From a virus: a DNA stretch of 5,541 bases. How positions within the stretch are numbered: position 1 is the first letter of the stretch; each line of letters starts with the position of its first letter. The notes under the pieces are model-generated. The model was given only the letters and a program-made list of their open reading frames with translations, searched no databases and was not told where the DNA came from. Shown here in pieces: positions 1 to 4,875 of this stretch. The translations under genes and the position numbers were made by a program. Location of the stretch: positions 1-5,541 of the IMG/VR virus record IMGVR_UViG_3300045988_008363; one strand, written 5' to 3'.

Positions 1-119
1 CCCAAAGCAGTAGTAGTATTAGTACCACTCTGTTGAACAACTTGATTAACACTAATAGGAGTGTGATTATAAGCTAACAATTCTGGACGTTGTTGTCTAG
101 CATCAGGCGAAGTAACACC
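1..119. repeat. Terminal direct repeat, copy 1 (identical to 5423..5541): the redundancy left by writing a circular genome as a linear string.
   Basis: Positions 1..119 match 5423..5541 base for base by direct comparison. The implied unit length is 5422 bp, and the VP1 reading frame is continuous through the junction. Confidence 0.9.
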
Positions 120-1163
120 GAAATGAGATTTAAGAATTTCTACATAACGAGTACCACCACGGGCGTCAAGTTCGTACAACTGTTGAGTAGCAAAAGCTAA
201 CCGCAACTGATTAATAGTAGCTACAGAAGTCTCCTTTAAGTTTACAAACAAGTTAGACGGATAAATCTTATCTGCAGAATCTGAGCCACCACTAGCGGTA
301 TGAGTACCATTAAGGAAAGCATCTTTACTATTTCCATGATAATAACTGTTTAAATACAACTGATGTGTACCTTGTGCAAAATCTGTACCATTTAGATAAT
401 TAAAAGCAATACCGTCGCTTTGTGACGGGTCAAAACCATAATCTTTAACCCATTGGTCTTTAACGGGAGTAACAGGGAATAAACCGTCTTGAGCAAGAGG
501 AATAGAAACCTCTGGACCTTTCTGCGGACTTGGTAAAGCACTTGTAAAATAATCATGGTACTTGTTAGCTTTAAGCAACTTACCACCATTAGAAGAATTA
601 GCTTTATCAAACGCAACTGTAGCATCTGTTAAAGGTACTAAAACAGGGTCTTGTAAGTTTTGGTCACGGAACCACTCATTCCAAATAAGATTGTAAGCAC
701 GAATAGGAAGAGCATTAATCTGTAAAGAAATATTTGCATTAGAACTAACATTATTTGTTGGAATACCCATATAATCCAAAATAGAACCTTTTAAATCGTC
801 ATTCCCTTTTATCGTAATTTGAGGAATAGTATACGTTGTTTGTGGATACCAAGCATTTTTAGAATTCTCACCGTTAAATTCTTTCCAATGTTCCCATGTA
901 AGACGGTTAGGAACAAAGAAGTAATACGTATCTAAATACATATCGTCCATTAATGGAGTAATTAAAGTTTGCAAACGTGCAAGTACATTTGTTTCTAAAT
1001 TAAAAGTATCACCCGGCAAGACTTCCATAACATCAAACGGAACTAAATCACCAGCATTAAATGTTGTTTTAATAGTATGCGACATATCAAATTTAGAACG
1101 TTGTATACCGCGAATATTTGTAGGGTTAACCGCAAAACGACTATTACTGTCAATTAAACTCAT
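1..1163 (-). CDS. VP1: Major capsid protein VP1 (Microviridae F-like), 5' portion. The gene starts at the ATG at 1163 and runs off the window start, continuing at 5422 downward; the full gene is complement(join(4876..5422,1..1163)), 569 aa.
   Basis: Hand translation of the minus strand from 1163 gives an uninterrupted frame with no stops: MSLIDSNSRFAVNPTNIRGIQRSKFDMSHTIKTTFNAGDLVPFDVMEVLPGDTFNLETNVLARLQTLITPLMDDMYLDTYYFFVPNRLTWEHW...NALPIRAYNLIWNEWFRDQNLQ...[52 protein letters not shown]. This carries the hallmark conserved blocks of gokushovirus VP1 (established knowledge of the family). The frame at position 80 matches the frame of the track ORF 4876..5502, since (1163-80) is divisible by 3. 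An RBS AAAGGTGGT lies 8 nt upstream, and the start ATG overlaps the VP3 stop (TAATG). Confidence 0.9.
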   Translation of the reverse strand, partial: MSLIDSNSRFAVNPTNIRGIQRSKFDMSHTIKTTFNAGDLVPFDVMEVLPGDTFNLETNVLARLQTLITPLMDDMYLDTYYFFVPNRLTWEHWKEFNGENSKNAWYPQTTYTIPQITIKGNDDLKGSILDYMGIPTNNVSSNANISLQINALPIRAYNLIWNEWFRDQNLQDPVLVPLTDATVAFDKANSSNGGKLLKANKYHDYFTSALPSPQKGPEVSIPLAQDGLFPVTPVKDQWVKDYGFDPSQSDGIAFNYLNGTDFAQGTHQLYLNSYYHGNSKDAFLNGTHTASGGSDSADKIYPSNLFVNLKETSVATINQLRLAFATQQLYELDARGGTRYVEILKSHFGVTSPDARQQRPELLAYNHTPISVNQVVQQSGTNTTTAL

Positions 1164-1714
1164 TATTCTTTACCACCTTTCTTATTTGCATCTTTTTTTG
1201 GTTCCTGAGGCTCAATTTTAACTTTTGGGGGTTCATCTACCTTTGGGTCAGTTTGAGCTTGTGGGGTAGCATATTTAGCCAAAATATCATTAAATGCTTG
1301 TGTACCGAACTGCGATACAAAGTTTTTAACAGAATAATTAAACTCCTTACGAATTTCTTCGGGAAGTCCATTAAACATATTTTCACCCTTTTGTACAAGA
1401 TTAAACATACCACCAAGAGTAGTAGGCATAGTTGCATAATCTACAATACCACTATTAACTAAGTCATCGGCACTGAAAGAACTAACCATGCTGTTGAGAG
1501 CAGTAGGGTCGATATTGCGAAGCAACATAGCCAAATCACAGCCCTCACGATACGATTGTATTTCTGCATATAAATCTGTTTGTCCAGTACAAACGAGGCA
1601 TTCACAACCATTATCATCAATATTAAGCATATGAGTAAGTACAATCCCTTGACCGCTAGGCATAAAAAACCGTTCACGGTTAGCAACTCTCTTTCGCCAT
1701 GTCAGAATCGGCAT
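1163..1714 (-). CDS. VP3: Putative internal scaffolding protein VP3 (183 aa).
   Basis: ATG at 1714 is preceded by AAAGGAG with a 9-nt spacer; the track's upstream extension to 1723 begins with TTG. The ORF ends TAA at 1163..1165, overlapping the VP1 ATG. The C-terminal half contains NGLPEEIRKEFNYSVKNFVSQF, which resembles the LPxxIRxxF block I recall in Chlamydia-phage-type VP3 scaffolds (recollection, not a search), followed by a Lys/Pro/Glu-rich tail. It sits immediately upstream of VP1 and is coupled to it. Confidence 0.55.
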   Translation of the reverse strand: MPILTWRKRVANRERFFMPSGQGIVLTHMLNIDDNGCECLVCTGQTDLYAEIQSYREGCDLAMLLRNIDPTALNSMVSSFSADDLVNSGIVDYATMPTTLGGMFNLVQKGENMFNGLPEEIRKEFNYSVKNFVSQFGTQAFNDILAKYATPQAQTDPKVDEPPKVKIEPQEPKKDANKKGGKE

Positions 1715-2003
1715 CTTCCTCAACTCCTTTCAAACGTTCGATAGTCAGCGAATTTAAGCGACTAACAAAATCATTATAAGCAGTAAGACCATTACAAATA
1801 AAAATAGGGGACATATCTGCAACAAAACCATGTGCAACATCTAATTCACCAATTTTATAAAGTGAATAATCTTCTAATCGTCCAAATTCAGGGTGCTCGC
1901 AATAAAAACCACGACCAAAATTAAATTTAGCAACGTCTACATTTTCCTCATTGACAACAGAAATATAACCAACTTTTTCATCTTTAACCGCAAAAATCTT
2001 CAT
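1680..2003 (-). CDS. 107-aa acidic protein, VP5-like by position and by the N-terminal MK[IV]FxVxDxK motif. Likely start is ATG at 2003, not the track's 2072.
   Basis: Strong RBS GGAGG plus a 9-nt spacer before ATG at 2003. The stop TAG of the upstream 52-aa ORF lies 1 nt before this ATG (TAGAATG). Protein: MKIFAVKDEKVGYISVVNEENVDVAKFNFGRGFYCEHPEFGRLEDYSLYKIGELDVAHGFVADMSPIFICNGLTAYNDFVSRLNSLTIERLKGVEEDADSDMAKESC. Net charge is about -9. Its 3' end overlaps the VP3 start by 35 nt in another frame. The functional call is from memory of gokushovirus VP5 N-termini and is unverified. Confidence 0.6.
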   Translation of the reverse strand: MKIFAVKDEKVGYISVVNEENVDVAKFNFGRGFYCEHPEFGRLEDYSLYKIGELDVAHGFVADMSPIFICNGLTAYNDFVSRLNSLTIERLKGVEEDADSDMAKESC

Positions 2004-2004
2004 T

Positions 2005-2163
2005 CTAATTTTCCTCCACAATATCAATTTGTTTAGCTTTTCTACGTCTAAAATTAATAAAATTCTTAGCAAGTGTCACAATCGCAAAAATCACAATAGC
2101 AAGAATAAACACCGCTACAATGAAAATAAGAAATTGTATCATCATTACATAGAAATCACTCAT
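2005..2163 (-). CDS. 52-aa predicted single-pass membrane protein: hydrophobic helix followed by a basic C-terminus. Below the ORF-track size threshold.
   Basis: Hand translation: MSDFYVMMIQFLIFIVAVFILAIVIFAIVTLAKNFINFRRRKAKQIDIVEEN*. GGAGG with a 9-nt spacer precedes the ATG at 2163. The ATG overlaps the stop of the upstream 40-aa basic ORF (ATGA), and its own stop abuts the next ATG. The hydrophobic core uses Ala/Val/Ile codons rather than only AT-rich Phe/Ile/Asn/Lys codons, which argues against a random AT-rich ORF. Confidence 0.5.
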   Translation of the reverse strand: MSDFYVMMIQFLIFIVAVFILAIVIFAIVTLAKNFINFRRRKAKQIDIVEEN

Positions 2164-2282
2164 AATCGAATACCTCCTCGAAATACAGGTGGATTAACAT
2201 TTAACCGTTTACTATCAATAGCAGTACGTCTAAAGAATTTCTTATCCTTTTTTGGACTTCTCACGGGAACTCTTTTTTTCAT
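2160..2282 (-). CDS. VP8: 40-aa highly basic protein, J-like ssDNA-binding/packaging protein (VP8-like) of gokushoviruses.
   Basis: Hand translation: MKKRVPVRSPKKDKKFFRRTAIDSKRLNVNPPVFRGGIRL*. An RBS AAAGGAG sits immediately after the VP4 stop (TAAAGGAGTGATATTTATG). The protein is small and Lys/Arg-rich like phiX174 J and the small basic ORF8 of Chlamydia phages, and it is located directly downstream of rep. Confidence 0.7.
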   Translation of the reverse strand: MKKRVPVRSPKKDKKFFRRTAIDSKRLNVNPPVFRGGIRL

Positions 2283-2295
2283 AAATATCACTCCT

Positions 2296-3309
2296 TTACA
2301 GTTCTCGAATTAATTTTTTTACAGAGGCTAACTTAGCTACTTCCTCTCGAGATAAACGCTTATACTTATCACCAAAAAGTTGCTCTTTTACGTTATCCGA
2401 AATCTTAGCACATTCTATACGTTTGTCTAAAACTTTCTGCCATTCCTCGGGAAATTCTTCAGAAAACTTCTTATCGAAAAATGGGGGCGGTTTAAACTTC
2501 TTACCGTCTTTTAAAATAATTTCATCATTAGCGTAGATTTCATGTTTATGTTCATCATAATAAGATTGCCCGATACCGGGCTTTAAAGACATTCGAACAA
2601 ACTCAGGTTCAATATTAAATTGTTCATACTCATCAGCATCTTCACCTTTACGTTTCTTCATAACATAACGAGCAGTATATGCACAAGTCTCGAAAGAAGA
2701 GGGCGAACAATTAATATAACCAAGTTTCCAACACTTATTAAGAAATTCACTTTCAAAAATATCATGACCCGTATTAGATTTCTTAAGCAACTTTAAATCA
2801 TCAAGTTCCAACCCAAAAATAATAGCATGATAATGCGGTCTTAATGTATTAGAACCATATTCACCACAAGCGAAAAAACGAAGTTCTTTATCATATTCAC
2901 GTTTATAATAACGCCTTAAACGTTTCATGAAATCGCCAAAATCTTTAGGTCTAAGTGTCAAAATATCCTTGACCTCGCCACTTACACTATCAGTATAACA
3001 AGAGTGAGGAACACACTCATCAGCATAAGTAAGAGTAACAAACATAGTAGCATTATGATACTGACTTTCAAGCATACAACGTAAAGCCCAGTTTCTAGAA
3101 TAGTCAATACGACAGCCAACACACTTTCCACAAGGCACATCAATATAATCATTATTGTAATATCTATGTGGGTCTTCTGAAAGGTACCAGTGATTAGTAG
3201 CACTATCAAAATAAACAGACTTAACTTTATTACTAGTAATTTTATAATGCGTTTTACCATCTTTTGTTACTCCGTCTTTAAAAGCATGTAGTGGACTATA
3301 ACACGTCAT
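2296..3309 (-). CDS. VP4: Replication initiation protein VP4 (Microviridae gpA-type HUH rolling-circle endonuclease), 337 aa.
   Basis: Track ORF. Motifs visible: FVTLTY (RCR motif 1); PHYHAIIFG (HUH motif 2); CAYTARYVMKK (motif 3, with two Tyr and a Lys); a CGKCVGC Cys cluster near the N-terminus; N-terminus MTCYSPL typical of gokushovirus Rep. No SD precedes the ATG at 3309, but the upstream 67-aa ORF terminates 14 nt inside it. Confidence 0.92.
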   Translation of the reverse strand: MTCYSPLHAFKDGVTKDGKTHYKITSNKVKSVYFDSATNHWYLSEDPHRYYNNDYIDVPCGKCVGCRIDYSRNWALRCMLESQYHNATMFVTLTYADECVPHSCYTDSVSGEVKDILTLRPKDFGDFMKRLRRYYKREYDKELRFFACGEYGSNTLRPHYHAIIFGLELDDLKLLKKSNTGHDIFESEFLNKCWKLGYINCSPSSFETCAYTARYVMKKRKGEDADEYEQFNIEPEFVRMSLKPGIGQSYYDEHKHEIYANDEIILKDGKKFKPPPFFDKKFSEEFPEEWQKVLDKRIECAKISDNVKEQLFGDKYKRLSREEVAKLASVKKLIREL

Positions 3310-3499
3310 TAAAACTAACTAAAAAATCAGCACAGATGCAAAAGGAATCATCTATAAAGAAAATATTAGTAGGAATTCCTAACGTGTAAGCATAAGGTAC
3401 ATCTCTAATTAAACCTTTATAAGACTTATCACAGCCATTAGCAGAAATAGTTATTTCTTGTTCAACGTGAAACAACTTCAATAAATCGTAAACTTTCAT
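3296..3499 (-). CDS. 67-aa hypothetical protein whose 3' end overlaps the VP4 start by 14 nt.
   Basis: Track ORF with a good RBS (TGAGGTGAT plus about a 5-nt spacer) before ATG at 3499. Protein: MKVYDLLKLFHVEQEITISANGCDKSYKGLIRDVPYAYTLGIPTNIFFIDDSFCICADFLVSFNDVL. No recognisable motif. Confidence 0.5.
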   Translation of the reverse strand: MKVYDLLKLFHVEQEITISANGCDKSYKGLIRDVPYAYTLGIPTNIFFIDDSFCICADFLVSFNDVL

Positions 3500-3553
3500 A
3501 ACATCACCTCATTTACATAATATCTATTACGCGAACAAAAGCATACAATTATA

Positions 3554-3576
3554 AGAGAGCTAATTATAAGCTCTCT
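3554..3576. other. Hairpin H4: 8-bp stem (agagagct / agctctct) with a 7-nt loop that overlaps the stop codon of the 56-aa ORF, between it and the 67-aa ORF.
   Basis: Pairing verified. No clean U-tract follows on the minus strand, so it is probably not a full terminator. It could be an RNA stability element or an attenuator. Confidence 0.45.
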
Positions 3577-3730
3577 CTAACTCTAGCATAACTTCAAAAG
3601 AAATCTCTTCATCTAATTCAGCGTATGCGCTAAAATCTCTACGATTATTAACATCACCACAGTCGGTATCTTGTCCTAAATCATAACAAACTTCTCGCCA
3701 TTCTTTGTATAAAACTTCTAAATCTTTCAT
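3560..3730 (-). CDS. 56-aa strongly acidic hypothetical protein. Likely start is ATG at 3730; the track's 79-aa version starts at a GTG inside a hairpin.
   Basis: A near-perfect RBS AGAGGAGG with a 7-nt spacer precedes ATG at 3730. Protein: MKDLEVLYKEWREVCYDLGQDTDCGDVNNRRDFSAYAELDEEISFEVMLELERAYN*. Net charge is about -10. It is the first ORF downstream of the intergenic region and a putative extended -10 promoter. Confidence 0.55.
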   Translation of the reverse strand: MKDLEVLYKEWREVCYDLGQDTDCGDVNNRRDFSAYAELDEEISFEVMLELERAYN

Positions 3731-3755
3731 AATAAATCCTCCTCTGTATATACAT

Positions 3756-3790
3756 ATTATAACACAAAATACATAAAAAATAAGGTATTT
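3756..3790 (-). promoter_or_regulatory. Putative sigma70-type promoter with an extended -10 (TGTTATAAT on the minus strand) upstream of the 56-aa ORF, the 67-aa ORF and VP4.
   Basis: The minus-strand sequence tattttgTGtTATAATatgtatatacagaggagg places a perfect TATAAT (plus-strand positions 3756..3761), with TGn immediately upstream, about 25 nt before the 56-aa ORF's ATG. The -35 is weak (CTTATT-like). This is inference only. Confidence 0.3.
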
Positions 3791-3796
3791 GTGTGT

Positions 3797-3838
3797 CACC
3801 TAGCCCCATTAATAACAAGAAGATTAATGGGGCTGGTG
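3797..3838. other. Hairpin H1: 16-bp stem with one bulged T and a 9-nt loop. Arms are cacc(t)agccccattaat and attaatggggctggtg.
   Basis: Base pairing verified position by position. A palindromic ATTAAT lies at the base of each arm. The loop and arm contain ATTAATAACA (3808..3817), which is identical to 10 nt of the phiX174 origin core CAACTTGATATTAATAACAC. Confidence 0.55.
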
Positions 3839-3874
3839 GGGTAACTCTCGCAATACTCGAGTTAAATGCATAAA

Positions 3875-3909
3875 AAAACCGCACTTGTTTTCACGACGTT
3901 AGCGGTTTT
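3875..3909 (-). terminator. Hairpin H2: candidate intrinsic terminator for the minus-strand transcript about 250 nt downstream of VP2. Stem aaaaccgc/gcggtttt, loop 19 nt, followed on the minus strand by a 7-T run.
   Basis: 8-bp stem verified. On the minus strand the stem is followed by TTTTTTTATGC. On the plus strand it is followed by TTTTCTT, so it could act in both directions. The loop is long, so as a terminator it is only moderate. Confidence 0.4.
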
Positions 3910-3920
3910 CTTAGCATGTT

Positions 3921-4125
3921 TTAAATATTATATTTGTTACATCATTTAACTAATAAAATAAATTTAAAAAATATATTTGTTTAAATAAAAACCAATTAAT
4001 TAAAAATAAAATAAATTGAATAAATAAATAAAAATAAATTTTTTTATCTAAATTATTCTTAGCTATAAATGGAGATAATATCTTATACTCCAAATACATA
4101 AAAACTAAATAAGCAATTAAAGTCA
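3921..4125. other. Extremely AT-rich, low-complexity A-tract/T-tract block with reiterated (a)aataaa(t) units. Noncoding.
   Basis: Direct reading shows recurring ataaaataaatt (near 3954 and 4007) and aataaataaataaaaataaattttttt (4019..4045). The only ORF here (track 3950..4144) encodes a Phe/Leu/Ile/Tyr/Asn/Lys low-complexity peptide and is judged spurious. Confidence 0.6.
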
Positions 4126-4127
4126 TA

Positions 4128-4156
4128 TATAATACTCCCTTCACGGGAGTATTATA
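4128..4156. other. Hairpin H3: perfect 12-bp stem (tataatactccc / gggagtattata) with a 5-nt loop, starting 6 nt after the VP2 stop codon.
   Basis: Pairing verified position by position. It is followed on the minus strand by a U-rich but not uniform tract (TATGACTTTAATTGCTTATTTAGTTTTTATG). Confidence 0.55.
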
Positions 4157-4162
4157 ACAAAA

Positions 4163-4867
4163 CTAAATTAAACCGGCAATAATAAGCGGTGCAATAGAAC
4201 CAATAATTCCAGAAATAGAATTAAATTTAGTTCCTTTATAATGCATGTCTGCACCATAACGACTAGCACTAGCAGAACTATTTGCACCATATATTTTAGC
4301 CATATAATCCAACTGAGCGTTAGCTTTAGAAACATCGGCAGAATATTTTTGAGCATGATGAGAACTATCTGCGCCATAACGAGAGGCATCAGCTTGCATC
4401 TTATAACCTTGTAACATTGCACGTGCTTGAACTTCTGCATTACGCATACTAGCGTTAGCGGCAATATTAGCAGCTTGAACTTGTGCAGCACTACTAATAG
4501 CGGCACCGGCAACGGCAGCCATACCTGAAACGGCAGAAGTATCAACATCACCTTTAGAACCTTGAGGAGAAGAACCTTGACTAGCACTAGCACCACTTGG
4601 AGTAGAGGCACTTGTACCACCGCTTGTAGCGGCTAGAATTGGATTAAGACCCGCTTTCTGCAAATCTGCAACAGAACGCTGAGCGGAAGTATTAGACATT
4701 TCTTGTTGAAAATCACGGTTTTTCTGAGCCTCTTGAGCATTGAAGTCCCGAAGTTTTTGAGCCTCGGAACTTTGGAAATTCATTTGTGTTTGAGCCTGTT
4801 GAGCAGACAGAGCATTATTCTTATCAGCCATAGACTGCATTTGATTAACTAAACCTGAAATATTCAT
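4163..4867 (-). CDS. VP2: Minor capsid / DNA pilot protein VP2 (234 aa).
   Basis: Track ORF. The N-terminal Gln/Ala-rich coiled region contains [20 protein letters not shown], matching the conserved DLxxAGLNP block of gokushovirus VP2 (established knowledge). A long Ala/Ser/Gly-rich central region follows. RBS GTAGGTG with a 5-nt spacer precedes ATG at 4867 and overlaps the VP1 stop. Confidence 0.85.
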   Translation of the reverse strand: MNISGLVNQMQSMADKNNALSAQQAQTQMNFQSSEAQKLRDFNAQEAQKNRDFQQEMSNTSAQRSVADLQKAGLNPILAATSGGTSASTPSGASASQGSSPQGSKGDVDTSAVSGMAAVAGAAISSAAQVQAANIAANASMRNAEVQARAMLQGYKMQADASRYGADSSHHAQKYSADVSKANAQLDYMAKIYGANSSASASRYGADMHYKGTKFNSISGIIGSIAPLIIAGLI

Positions 4868-4875
4868 ATTAACAC

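Noticed and set aside
392-625. 77-aa minus-strand ORF from the track
   Set aside because: It lies entirely inside the VP1 coding region in a different frame, has a low-complexity Leu/Ile/Lys composition, and no RBS. It is a spurious overlapping ORF.
1237-1686. Track ORFs 1237..1437(-), 1253..1462(+) and 1459..1686(-)
   Set aside because: They are embedded in or antisense to the VP3 gene, with the hydrophobic or low-complexity composition typical of alternative frames in AT-rich DNA. No RBS support.
2004-2072. N-terminal extension of the VP5-like ORF to 2072 (the track's 130-aa version)
   Set aside because: The extension overlaps the 52-aa membrane ORF out of frame and lacks an RBS, whereas ATG at 2003 has GGAGG at the ideal spacing.
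2029-2313. 94-aa plus-strand ORF
   Set aside because: It is antisense to the J-like ORF, the 52-aa membrane ORF and the end of VP4. The Lys/Asn/His-rich peptide is typical of antisense AT-rich sequence. There are no plus-strand genes elsewhere in the genome.
2982-3260. 92-aa hydrophobic minus-strand ORF inside VP4
   Set aside because: It is an alternative frame of rep, a pure Leu/Ile/Val run with no start context.
3731-3799. N-terminal extension of the 56-aa ORF to GTG at 3799 (the track's 79-aa version)
   Set aside because: The extension starts inside hairpin H1, adds a hydrophobic 23-aa leader with no RBS, and the internal ATG at 3730 has a near-consensus SD.
3681-3884. 67-aa minus-strand ORF spanning hairpins H1/H2 and the 56-aa ORF start
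   Set aside because: It runs through the intergenic hairpins and the promoter region and overlaps the well-supported 56-aa ORF out of frame. No RBS.
3950-4144. 64-aa minus-strand ORF in the AT-rich block
   Set aside because: The translation is a Phe/Leu/Ile/Tyr/Asn/Lys low-complexity peptide generated by the aaataaa repeats. It is not a plausible protein.
4168-4620. 150-aa minus-strand ORF overlapping VP2
   Set aside because: It is an alternative frame of VP2 (Leu/Val/Pro-rich, low complexity). VP2 itself has a conserved motif and an RBS.
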